Shown: positions 8,745-18,152 of the stretch, piece after piece
Numbering within the stretch: position 1 is the stretch's first letter
How the letters are laid out: the number at the start of each line of letters is the position of its first letter
Assembly: GCA_965263295.1 (NCBI GenBank)
Contig: OZ253665.1
Span: forward strand, 192,001 to 256,000
Direction of reading: 5' to 3'
Length of the DNA: 64,000 bases
From: Spirochaetia bacterium
GTDB taxonomy: Bacteria; Spirochaetota; Spirochaetia; SP-2023
The notes under the pieces: model-generated
What the model saw: the letters and a program-made list of their open reading frames with translations, nothing else
Told to the model about the DNA's origin: nothing
Databases searched by the model: none
Translations under genes and position numbers: made by a program

Positions 8745-10670
8745 GTGAGAATTGTGCGGAAGTTCAGATATGGAAGTGGCCTAATATTTATTTTGTTTTT
8801 GTTGACTCTGGCAAGGCTGCCGGCTCAGAACACCCAAAGTGCTCCAAGTGCTCCAAGTGCCCAAAGTAATTTGGGTAATTTGGGTAATTTGGGTAATTTG
8901 GGTAATTTGGGCGTGGACGTCGACGATCCGGTTTACCAACTCTTGGATTCAGCTTCGATGAAAGGTTATATTACGGACTTGTCGCACTACCGCCCCTACA
9001 GCGGCCATCAGGTCTATGCTTATCTGGAGCAGATTAGTCGCTCTCCCCGGCTGGATGCCGCCGAGCGCAAAGTTATCGAACGAGAGTTGAAGCGCTTCCG
9101 CCGCATTCTGACACTGGCAGAGCCGGACAAAAAGTTTATTGATTTTTTGCAAGACGCCGCGGTGCCGCTTTCCCTTGATGAAAACCTGCCCCTGGCCCTG
9201 CGTCTGGAGTTTGACCTGAAGAATCGTATTGATTTTATCACGCAGGATCCATATTTGTTCAATGTCATGCGCATGTACCTTGAAGGTAATATTACGCCGC
9301 ATTTCTCGTATCAGGCCATGGCGGGGACCGGCATCACCCAGATAAAAACCTCGTCTTTTGCGCCCTATGAATACATCATGGAAACCGATGGGCATGCCAT
9401 TTCGTCGGGCAACATTCAGGCGGGAGAAGTATCTTTTGAAGGTGAGGAGCCGTCATTGGCCCTGCAGGTGGGCGGCAAGCTGGCCGCGTCGTTTTTTGAC
9501 GATCGGGTGCGCAGCGGTTTTGGCTATATGAAGCGCAATATGGGCATTGCGAACACCAGTCTGATTTATTCGGGGCATGCCAGTCCGCTGCTGGGCTGGG
9601 ACTTGTCCATACGGCCTTTCAAATGGGCGGGGCTGAACTTTATGGTCGGCGGCCTGACGGGCGTCGATGAGGATATTTCGACCGCAAAGTCCATGTTTAC
9701 GGCACAGCAGTTCGAATTTTTTATCACGCAGTATTTGTATGTCGGCGTGACCATGGGCTCGGTGTGGATTAAGCGCCTAGAGCCCTATTACATGATGCCG
9801 TTTATGCCGGTCGCCTTCGGTCAGTCCTTGCTGGGAGACTATGATAATTTGGCCATTCAGGGCACGGTAGCCCTCAAACTGCCGTATTTGACGCTCTATG
9901 GCGTCGGTTTCATGGATGAGGTGCAGCCTGCGGATGTCGCGAATCTGTTTTCCAGTCTGACCCAGCAGTTTGCCTTTCAGTTCGGTGCCCAGGTTTTGAT
10001 TCCCCGGCTGCCGTTCACCACATTTCAGTTCCAGTACACCAAGATTGAGCCCTATGCGTACACGCATTATGCGCAGAAAGCTTTTCAGGGATCGAGAAGG
10101 GGCTACGGCACGATCAATATTTCGTGGATGAACAATGGGGAAAACCTGGGCTACTACCTGCCGCCCAACTCGGATGAGTTTCTGTTCCAGATTGAAGGGC
10201 AGCCTTTGCCCGGCTGGCACTTTGCCCTGGGCTACAAGCACATCCGCCACGGCGACGGGGACCGCAGGCTTGGGCAGGTTGAGGGCCGCACGAATGCTGT
10301 GTTCGAGAATACCGTCGACAAGGTACAAATTGCCGATGAAGCAGCAAAGGATTCATTGAAGGATACCAAGACTGATGAAGGTAAACTGTACACGGGCATC
10401 TACGATCCTAAGTCTTATTTTGCCCGAAATAAAACACAGAGTGATGGTAAACGCCCGCCCAAGGATTTTCTCCACGATGGCGTGTATGAGTTTATCCATG
10501 TGGTGACGCTGGATTTGGCGTATCGCTTCCGCCGAATTCCGCTGCAGGCCGTTGCCCATTTTATGTTCTCGCACAACGATGGCCCTGTGCATAACGGATT
10601 TAAGGACGACGCGGAAATTCGCGTGGGTTTGGGCCTGGACCTACGTTTCTACGGCAAGTCTAGACGTTGA
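8745..10670 (+). CDS. Outer-membrane beta-barrel protein, Wzi (capsule assembly)-like
   Basis: Signal peptide; DDPVYQLLD..G.I....RPYS N-terminus; FQYTKIEPYAYTH..N.GENLGYYLPPNSDE; amphipathic terminal strand. Confidence 0.65.
   Translation: MRIVRKFRYGSGLIFILFLLTLARLPAQNTQSAPSAPSAQSNLGNLGNLGNLGNLGVDVDDPVYQLLDSASMKGYITDLSHYRPYSGHQVYAYLEQISRSPRLDAAERKVIERELKRFRRILTLAEPDKKFIDFLQDAAVPLSLDENLPLALRLEFDLKNRIDFITQDPYLFNVMRMYLEGNITPHFSYQAMAGTGITQIKTSSFAPYEYIMETDGHAISSGNIQAGEVSFEGEEPSLALQVGGKLAASFFDDRVRSGFGYMKRNMGIANTSLIYSGHASPLLGWDLSIRPFKWAGLNFMVGGLTGVDEDISTAKSMFTAQQFEFFITQYLYVGVTMGSVWIKRLEPYYMMPFMPVAFGQSLLGDYDNLAIQGTVALKLPYLTLYGVGFMDEVQPADVANLFSSLTQQFAFQFGAQVLIPRLPFTTFQFQYTKIEPYAYTHYAQKAFQGSRRGYGTINISWMNNGENLGYYLPPNSDEFLFQIEGQPLPGWHFALGYKHIRHGDGDRRLGQVEGRTNAVFENTVDKVQIADEAAKDSLKDTKTDEGKLYTGIYDPKSYFARNKTQSDGKRPPKDFLHDGVYEFIHVVTLDLAYRFRRIPLQAVAHFMFSHNDGPVHNGFKDDAEIRVGLGLDLRFYGKSRR
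8838..8912 (+). repeat. 9-bp in-frame tandem repeats (SAP x2-3, NLG x5) just after the signal peptide
   Basis: agtgctcca x2, agtgcccaa; aatttgggt x4 plus aatttgggc. Confidence 0.95.
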
Positions 10671-10747
10671 CTGGGTGTTTTCGCTAGTCTCTGAGCTTGT
10701 GCAGGACTCTGCTGAACTTAGCATTCTGAAACGAATAGGGGTTGATT

Positions 10748-11467
10748 ATGATACGATGGCTCAATGTTAGGCAGCCAGAACCCGAACGTTACTTTAAGTC
10801 GGACTTCTTGGAACGTTTTACCTTTTTCCGCCTGAGCACGGTTTGGATGATTTGGTTGCCGATCATTTTGCTCTCGTTGTTTGGCAGCTTTTATAGCGCC
10901 GGCAAAATTTCTACTGAGGCTGCAGGCGGGCACTTTTTTTTGCTGGTTTTGGGCGTCCTGTTCTGGCTTGCACTGGGGGTACTGCGTTGGACATTGATGG
11001 AATACTTTTTGCACCGTTTCCCCTTCCATTACGACGGGGGCAGCGAATTTTGGCGCAAGATATCATGGTACATACATGGCATTCATCACAAGCAAGCTAT
11101 GTTGAGTACGCGCCTGGTCATGCCGCCGCCTTTCAGTCTGAGTGTGGGCGTGCTCGTCGCTCTGCTCGACTGGTCGCTGATGGGTTTGATCTTTAAACTC
11201 AGCTGGGCTGGCCTCGCTCTGTATGCGGGGACAGCGCTCGGCTATCTCGTTTACGATACGCTGCACTGGAGCATGCACTTTATCGATACGGATTGGCCTT
11301 GGTATCGTAAGTTACGCAGTCATCATATGCGTCATCATCGTTTTCCGCAAAAGCGTTTTGGCGTTTCCAACACACTTTGGGACCATGTATTTCGGACTTA
11401 TCCCCAAACTCAGCAAGAAGAATCTAGACAAGAGGAATCTAAGCAAGAGGAACCGCCGGGAGCTTAA
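10748..11467 (+). CDS. Fatty acid hydroxylase / sterol desaturase family protein (FA2H/Scs7-like, no cytochrome b5 domain)
   Basis: His boxes EYFLHRFPFH, HGIHH, YDTLHWSMH, HHMRHH; RLVMPP; FGVSNTLWDHVFRT. Confidence 0.9.
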   Translation: MIRWLNVRQPEPERYFKSDFLERFTFFRLSTVWMIWLPIILLSLFGSFYSAGKISTEAAGGHFFLLVLGVLFWLALGVLRWTLMEYFLHRFPFHYDGGSEFWRKISWYIHGIHHKQAMLSTRLVMPPPFSLSVGVLVALLDWSLMGLIFKLSWAGLALYAGTALGYLVYDTLHWSMHFIDTDWPWYRKLRSHHMRHHRFPQKRFGVSNTLWDHVFRTYPQTQQEESRQEESKQEEPPGA

Positions 11468-11766
11468 AAAACTTTTAACGCAGTATCGGCGAGTACGAGC
11501 TTCCCGTATGTGGATTGAGAAGTAGGGTTTTCCGCGATCCGGCAATTAGAAATTCAGGTGGGGGGCTTGGCCAATCTGTAACAGAGGGTAAATTTCTGTT
11601 ATATAAAATTATTTCAATTGCCAGTAGCTAGATTGTGGGTTGAGCGGCTGGCAATGACTCTGCCACAAATGCCAATTTGATTTTGAGTGTGGCGTGCGGA
11701 TTTACGGTTTCAGGAGCTGTAATGCTAGCGGGGATTGTTTGCTAATTATTGGGGAATTATTTGGAT

Positions 11767-13419
11767 ATGGGGAACAATAGAAAAGTCTATTTTATTTTTA
11801 CCTCGCTCTTGGCTGCTTTGTCTATTGTTCAATCTCCCAAAGGCCGTTTGTCTATTTTGAGGGCTCAGGAAAAAAAAACTCAAAGCGTAGATATGGCTCA
11901 ATCGTTGGAGTTGCAGCTAAACTCCCGGTTCTGGCAGTTGCTAAGTCGGGAAGAATTGGAACCTCTGTCTGAGCTGAGGCGCGAGGGGAATAGTGTCCGG
12001 CGGGTTGTGTCGCTAGAGTTTTTGTACCCTGGACTACAGACCGTCGACAGTGTCGATTCACGTAATCGTCAAGGTGAACTGTTGGAAGTGGAACTGCAGT
12101 CTCTGGAAGACAGTTACCTGGAACTGGCACGTGATGGCGCTTTAGTGTTAGTCCTGGCGGGGGAATTGCAGCGGGACCCTGAGCAGTTGAATGTGTATGG
12201 CGATCCCTGGCCTGAGGCCACATTGCGGCTATGGCTGGAAGATGATTTTGAGCCGCCCTTTTTACTTGCTGAATTGGAAAATTATCAGCGTTTTAGCGCT
12301 GTGCAGATTGAAGTACAGGTTTTCAAAGATCTGCGGCAAACTGTTAGTCAAGTGCTTCACAGGAGTAAAGACCCTAGAAAAGTTTTGCCGGATATGATTC
12401 TCGCAGATGGGCAGACAATTGTAGACTTGCGCCATCTATTTGCGGACTTGACGACAAAGGAAAGAAGAGAAGAGGCTTCTTTGGCTTGTCTGGACTTGTT
12501 TTTCAGTAATAATCAGTTTTATGCTTCCCCTCTGGCCCTCGCGCGTTATAGCTTGATGTATAATCCTGAACTACTGGGTGCAGATTCCCTAGATGGGAAT
12601 GGAAGCCAGGTCAAACTTTCCGAATTGTTTAGGCGCTTGGACTTTTTGAGTCAAGGGCGGGAGCCTGGCGCGTATAATCCATATTTTCTGGCTTTTGGTG
12701 ATGATAGCATGCCTTTTGTCTTGCTTTTGTATTCGTTCCTGAAGTCCGGTGATATTTCTGATTCGGCGCCTGACGCTGCCGGACTGCGCGCCGGGCTGCG
12801 ATATCTGCGAAAACAGGGGCGCGAGGGCTTGCTGCGGCAGCTCGATTTTGCCGAAGAGCGCTTTGCCAAGGGTGATATTGCGGTTGTGATTGGACTTTCA
12901 AGCCACCTGCAGCATATTGTGAAGCTGACTAATTCGCGACTAAAGGGCAAATCCCGTATCCAGGCTGCTGAGCTACCTTACAATGATCTGCAAGATAATG
13001 ATACCCCCAGTTATGCGCGGGTTTGGAGTCTGGCTGTTTTGCGCAGTTCGTCGCAGCAGCCCCATGCCATGGGGCTGCGTCGCTATTTGTTGCGTGGTGC
13101 TGTCCAGAGCCAGTTTGACCTGGCATCTGGCATATTGCCGACCAATACTTTGTATTATCCGTTTTACCAGCGCAGCGATTATTACGAACTACTACCTGAG
13201 GCGGAACTGCGCGACATTATGAATCCCGGGGAACTTGGTGAGTTTGGGGCCAAACGTCGTCGCATGTATCGGGATATTGAAGGTTTGCAGCGCTGGTTCA
13301 ACGACAGAATTGAGGTGCTACTGGATAGTGAAATTAGCTTGTCGCAGCTTCTTGCAGATCTACGGCGGCAGTGGCAAAATGAAGTGTTACCTCGTCAAGA
13401 ATTTGTATTTCTGCGCTGA
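11767..13419 (+). CDS. Extracellular solute-binding-like protein with an extra N-terminal domain
   Basis: N-terminal hydrophobic signal; LPDMIL, YASPLALARYSLMYNPELL, FAKGDIAVVI resemble SBP family 1. Confidence 0.55.
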   Translation: MGNNRKVYFIFTSLLAALSIVQSPKGRLSILRAQEKKTQSVDMAQSLELQLNSRFWQLLSREELEPLSELRREGNSVRRVVSLEFLYPGLQTVDSVDSRNRQGELLEVELQSLEDSYLELARDGALVLVLAGELQRDPEQLNVYGDPWPEATLRLWLEDDFEPPFLLAELENYQRFSAVQIEVQVFKDLRQTVSQVLHRSKDPRKVLPDMILADGQTIVDLRHLFADLTTKERREEASLACLDLFFSNNQFYASPLALARYSLMYNPELLGADSLDGNGSQVKLSELFRRLDFLSQGREPGAYNPYFLAFGDDSMPFVLLLYSFLKSGDISDSAPDAAGLRAGLRYLRKQGREGLLRQLDFAEERFAKGDIAVVIGLSSHLQHIVKLTNSRLKGKSRIQAAELPYNDLQDNDTPSYARVWSLAVLRSSSQQPHAMGLRRYLLRGAVQSQFDLASGILPTNTLYYPFYQRSDYYELLPEAELRDIMNPGELGEFGAKRRRMYRDIEGLQRWFNDRIEVLLDSEISLSQLLADLRRQWQNEVLPRQEFVFLR

Positions 13420-13433
13420 AGTGGTGGCCAATT

Positions 13434-15368
13434 GTGAAGAAATCAAAACAGAAAGATGATGTAGGGCTAAAACAAGCCCGAAGAGCAGGTAAAGCCGGGG
13501 CCCAGCAAATAAAAGAAGTACAAGAATTTGTTCCCTTTCGTTTCAAGGAGTTTGCGGGGATTAAGCCGCAACGGTATATCGCCACACTCTACGTTTTGAT
13601 CGTGCTGCTCATGATTTACTTTCTGTTTCTGGATAAGGGTTTGCGTGCGCCGCAAGTGCAGTTACAATTTTATAATCTCAGCGGTCCGGCCAGTCTATAT
13701 GTCGATGGCCAGTTTTATCACAACTTGACGTTTTCGCCAGGTTATTTTGACTCGGTTAATAGCCATATATTATTGCCAGTGACCAATCAGGCCGCTGTTC
13801 GGGAACTGCGGGTTGTGCAGTCCGGTATGGAAGATTGGGTAGAACAGCCGACCTTGAGAGCGAATATTTGGAATAATCGTTGGCGACCTCGCCGCTACAA
13901 TTTTGAATTGCAGTTGAAGCAAGCGCCTAGTTTTGCACCTGCACACCTCTGGCAAGAGGCTTGGCGGGCGTATTTGTATCGCGGTCTGGAAGGGCAGAAG
14001 AAAATGTCTTTTGATGCTTCGCACCCCTATCCCTGGGTTCTTTCCGAAGGCCTAAGGGCCGCTCTTTACAGCCGGACGGCCAACGATCAGTCCAGTTTTC
14101 CTCCCCACTGGTCGGCAGATTTACAGCGCGGCCTCGCGTCGACCACCAATGTTTATCAGTGGGGGGATTTGTTGAGTGCTAGTTGTTTGATCTATCAAAT
14201 GGATATTAGTGCAGATCGACAAGTGACAGATTCCGCGACCAGGGTCGAGATATTGGGACCGCGTTCTTTGGCTTTGTTGGCTCGGAGCGCAGTAAAACGT
14301 TTGTGGCGTTTAGAACCGGGCCTGCAGAGCTTGCGTGAATCCTGGAAGCAAAGGACGGAAGAAATAAAGGAACAGGGTTTGCGCCTGAGCGAAAGGGATA
14401 TAAAATTGCAGAGATTCTGGCAGCAAAACGAAGGAAATATATCAATAGAGTCTATAGAATATAGATTTAAAGATAGTTATGCCACAGACTTATTGGATCT
14501 AAGTGGTCTGCGTTTTGTTCGTTTGAATGGACAAGGTTTGGCGGTACAACAGACGGAACTTAGCAATGCTGAATTTGCCCAATTTTGGTTTAGTGCGGCA
14601 GGCCAAAATTGGCGCGATATTGCCAGTGGCAGGCCGGAGAGCGAGGACGAGTTATCCCGTGGAGGTATCAGCGCTTTGGTGCTATACGCGCAAGACCGGG
14701 ATAGTGGAACAGTTTGCCGGCCTTCGGGCTGGCAGGAATCTGATGGATTGGAAGATATCTTGCAAAATCCCTTGCTGCAGGGGCGACCTGTTCGTGGTAT
14801 TAATTGGTCAGAAGCAGAGGCTTATGTACGATGGAAGAATAAGCAGAATGACAATAATGCGGGATGGGAGTTTGCGTTGCCTAGCTTAGCTCAATTTCGC
14901 GCCATTGCTAAAGCACGATACCAGGCTGAAAGGGCAGGGCAAGAAACTTTTAGGAGAGCGGATACCGGTGTGAATTTTGTCGTTTCGCAAATGCCGCCGG
15001 CTTTTACAGAACAGACAGAGGATGCCTTGGGCCTGAAAGGGCTGGGCAATAGCTTGTGGGAATGGTTAAGAGTTGATTATTTGCCGCATCGCGTCGGTAC
15101 CTCGGCAAATGGCAATAGTGAACTGGGCTACAAGGCTCTGGGCGGAGGCAGCTGGCTCAATGCCATATCCATTGATGATAGCACGCGTGACCTGTGGGCG
15201 GATGAGTTTTTGATCCAGGATAATGAATTGCCTGTAGCCAGTAGTTATGGCACCGTAGCCGGGCAGTTCTCGGCGATTTGTAGTCCATATACCGGCGTAC
15301 GTTTGGTGGCTGTAAAACTTCCCGTGGATTTCCATGGATTGGGAAGGGAATTGGACGATGGCCGCTAA
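13434..15368 (+). CDS. Membrane-anchored protein with a C-terminal FGE-sulfatase/SUMF1 domain
   Basis: TM segment near N-terminus; TELSNAEF, PVRGINWSEAEAYVRW, LPSLAQF, GNSLWEW, GGGSW, YTGVRLV. Confidence 0.75.
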   Translation: MKKSKQKDDVGLKQARRAGKAGAQQIKEVQEFVPFRFKEFAGIKPQRYIATLYVLIVLLMIYFLFLDKGLRAPQVQLQFYNLSGPASLYVDGQFYHNLTFSPGYFDSVNSHILLPVTNQAAVRELRVVQSGMEDWVEQPTLRANIWNNRWRPRRYNFELQLKQAPSFAPAHLWQEAWRAYLYRGLEGQKKMSFDASHPYPWVLSEGLRAALYSRTANDQSSFPPHWSADLQRGLASTTNVYQWGDLLSASCLIYQMDISADRQVTDSATRVEILGPRSLALLARSAVKRLWRLEPGLQSLRESWKQRTEEIKEQGLRLSERDIKLQRFWQQNEGNISIESIEYRFKDSYATDLLDLSGLRFVRLNGQGLAVQQTELSNAEFAQFWFSAAGQNWRDIASGRPESEDELSRGGISALVLYAQDRDSGTVCRPSGWQESDGLEDILQNPLLQGRPVRGINWSEAEAYVRWKNKQNDNNAGWEFALPSLAQFRAIAKARYQAERAGQETFRRADTGVNFVVSQMPPAFTEQTEDALGLKGLGNSLWEWLRVDYLPHRVGTSANGNSELGYKALGGGSWLNAISIDDSTRDLWADEFLIQDNELPVASSYGTVAGQFSAICSPYTGVRLVAVKLPVDFHGLGRELDDGR

Positions 15369-15819
15369 AAAAAATCCCGGTATTATTGCTGATAACCGCA
15401 AGGCGCGCTTTGAATACAGTTTCGAAAGTGTCTTGGAGTGTGGTATAAAGCTTAAAGGTTCGGAAGTTAAGTCTTTACGAATAGGGCAAGTCGCTTTTAG
15501 GGATAGTTTTTGCAGCGTTGAAAACGGTGAGTTATGGTTACATAACCTGCACATTTCACCTTATAATTTCGCTTCGCATTTTAATCATCAGGCAGAACGC
15601 AAACGCAAACTGCTGGCCAATAAAAAGCAGATTATTCAGTTACATCGTCGCGTTAAGGAAAAAGGGTTCTCGATAATCCCCACCAAAATCTATTTTAAAG
15701 ATGCTTTGGTTAAGATTGAAGTCGCGCTGGCTAAGGGGAAAAAGCTTTATGATAAGCGCGAAATTATACGTAATCGAGATATACGGCGAGATGAAGGCCG
15801 CAAGCTGCGTATGAAATAA
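15358..15819 (+). CDS. smpB: SsrA-binding protein
   Basis: NRKARFEY, GIKLKGSEVKSLR, RKRKLL, LAKGKKLYDKR. Confidence 0.98.
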   Translation: MAAKKNPGIIADNRKARFEYSFESVLECGIKLKGSEVKSLRIGQVAFRDSFCSVENGELWLHNLHISPYNFASHFNHQAERKRKLLANKKQIIQLHRRVKEKGFSIIPTKIYFKDALVKIEVALAKGKKLYDKREIIRNRDIRRDEGRKLRMK

Positions 15820-15977
15820 TACTTGGATTCGCGGTATGCGAAGTAAATAATGCGGTTTAAGCCTTGAAGAGCAAAAATCACTCCCGCATAATGGGGCCAA
15901 ATGCCAGAGTAGCGATGGCTGGTAAATCGCGGGCCTAATCATTAGGCGAAATTAAGTCGGCTTTGCAGGTGTGGGTT

Positions 15978-18116
15978 ATGCGAAATCTATTTATTACACA
16001 AAAACAATATATTTTAGTTATTCTAATGTATATTGTTTCGTTTGTGTTTACTCTGTTGCTCTTTGAATCGCCCATTGGCTATATCTGGGGTATGAAGGCG
16101 GTGCAAAAGTCAATCGGCATCATCTTGCCGACGCTTGCATTTGTTTATTTAATATCTTTTGTTGTATCCATCTTAATTTTATCTTTTATTATTTATGTAT
16201 TATTAGACAAACATATACGCAATTATAAGTTTATTCTTAAAGGTAATGAGACAACTTTGACTATTGAGCAGAAGCGTCAAGGGCTCCACCGTATGAGATC
16301 AAATTCATTTATTGCCCTAATGTTAAGTCTAACCCCTCTCTTAGCTTATCTTTGCCTGATTGACATTCGCGATACCGTTTCTATGCAAGCCTTAGGTCTT
16401 CTAAAGTTAAATTTGCTAATTATTAACTTGTTTATAGGCGCTATTGTGGGTATGCTATATGCTGATCTGGCCCAGATATTATACCGACCTTTACGCATCG
16501 CTATTCAGCTACCGCTACAGGGTAATGTGCGTTCAACCATGAGCGCTCTAGTTAGGATGGCTATCACCACATTATTTTCTTGTTCACTGATATTACTAAT
16601 TTCACATTTGTATTTCGACATGGACCGCGAGATAAATTCGCGTATTATTTCGTCTATTTCTATAAATGTATCTGATAGTTATGCTACTTCAAATTTTAAT
16701 CAAGAAGTAAAGAGTATTTTTGAGGGATTAGCTCTTGAGTACCCCCTGTCTTTAAATTTAGTTTGGGATGACATAGATTTCTCTGAGCATTTTTCGCATA
16801 TTCAGAAAAGTATTGGAAACCAAGAGATAGATGAGTATTATAGTTTTAATAGATTATTCAAGATACTATATATTATAATTTTCTTGTTGAGCTTGAATTC
16901 TTTGAGTTGGTTAAATATTTATTTAATTTGCCGGCAGTTTAAGATTCGTATTGATAATATTTTTCATCGTTTGCAGAGCTTGCTTAGGGGAGAAGAAAGT
17001 TTTGCGGGGACAGTATCTTTGACAGCTTTTGATGAAATAGGTTACTTTGCCGGCTATTTGAATTTATTGACAATGACAAGTCAAAAGATTTCATATGATG
17101 TTAAGCTAGAAGGGAAAAACCTACTTGATTCTCTTGATGCCCAGGAACTTAATGTATCTAAATTAAGTAATATCGTTCAGGGGCTAGAGCAAGACATTGT
17201 CAAAATCAATGATAGTGTGGATAAAGAGGAAGAAGAGCATCAAATTATGGATGGAGGGCTGCATAATGTGCGTTCTATTATCCTAAAAGTAAATGGATTG
17301 CTGAATAACCAACGTAAGTATGTCGATATAATTGCTAATCAAGTAAATAGTTTTGCCTCTCTGGTAGGCAATGTGAATCAAATTACCGAGAAAGCAGACC
17401 GAGAAGCTGGAGTCTTGGCAATGTCTGTGGGCCGGGGCGAAGAGGCGGTGCAAAGTTCAATTCTCGGAATGAAAGAGATTGCTAAAGCTTCAAAGGCCAT
17501 TGAAAACATTGTTGGTGCAATTACCAAGATTGCGGCCCAGACCAGCCTTTTATCCATGAATGCGGCCATTGAGGCAGCACACGCGGGTGAACACGGTAGC
17601 GGTTTTGCGGTGCTGGCTCAGGAAGTGCGTAGTCTTTCTGAAAGTACTACGGCTCAAAGTCGGGCCATTCGCGAACAGATTGAACTTCTGATTACTGGCG
17701 TTCAATCAGGTCTGAGTATTTCGGAAAATACAACAAGGATCCTCAGTGAGATTACGGAATCAATTGAGCGGAATAATGTATTTGTTAAAAGCATTACTAA
17801 TGCAATGACTGAACAGCATCAAGGATCGCGAGATATCGTACAGTTAATTGAATCTTCGGTCAGCAGGGGAGCTAGAATCCGCATCCTTACAGACTTACAA
17901 ATTCGTAAGAGCCAGGATGTTATCAACTCTATGGCCGACTTCTTGCAAATTAGTAGGTCAATTGTTGTTCTCAGTCAAGAATCATCTGATTCTATTCAGA
18001 GTATTTCCCAGTATGTGGATGCAATCGGAAGTTCAATTGAGAGTAACAAGGGAATATCCGAAAAAATCTTGGCTGATGTTGCAGATATTGATAATGCGAA
18101 GACTGATATTTATTGA
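15978..18116 (+). CDS. Methyl-accepting chemotaxis protein with a multi-TM N-terminus
   Basis: IAAQTSLLSMNAAIEAAHAGEHGSGFAVLAQEVRSLSE; HAMP-like DEIGY. Confidence 0.92.
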   Translation: MRNLFITQKQYILVILMYIVSFVFTLLLFESPIGYIWGMKAVQKSIGIILPTLAFVYLISFVVSILILSFIIYVLLDKHIRNYKFILKGNETTLTIEQKRQGLHRMRSNSFIALMLSLTPLLAYLCLIDIRDTVSMQALGLLKLNLLIINLFIGAIVGMLYADLAQILYRPLRIAIQLPLQGNVRSTMSALVRMAITTLFSCSLILLISHLYFDMDREINSRIISSISINVSDSYATSNFNQEVKSIFEGLALEYPLSLNLVWDDIDFSEHFSHIQKSIGNQEIDEYYSFNRLFKILYIIIFLLSLNSLSWLNIYLICRQFKIRIDNIFHRLQSLLRGEESFAGTVSLTAFDEIGYFAGYLNLLTMTSQKISYDVKLEGKNLLDSLDAQELNVSKLSNIVQGLEQDIVKINDSVDKEEEEHQIMDGGLHNVRSIILKVNGLLNNQRKYVDIIANQVNSFASLVGNVNQITEKADREAGVLAMSVGRGEEAVQSSILGMKEIAKASKAIENIVGAITKIAAQTSLLSMNAAIEAAHAGEHGSGFAVLAQEVRSLSESTTAQSRAIREQIELLITGVQSGLSISENTTRILSEITESIERNNVFVKSITNAMTEQHQGSRDIVQLIESSVSRGARIRILTDLQIRKSQDVINSMADFLQISRSIVVLSQESSDSIQSISQYVDAIGSSIESNKGISEKILADVADIDNAKTDIY

Positions 18117-18152
18117 AATCTAATATGAGAAATGATATAGAGAGATTTATTT

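Noticed and set aside
11468..11748. Intergenic region with a small hairpin (taacaga..tctgtta) as a possible sRNA
   Set aside because: Only one short AT-rich stem and no recognisable RNA family features.
15820..15977. tmRNA next to smpB
   Set aside because: Too short, with no GGGG(C/A) 5' end or T-arm/ACCA 3' end.
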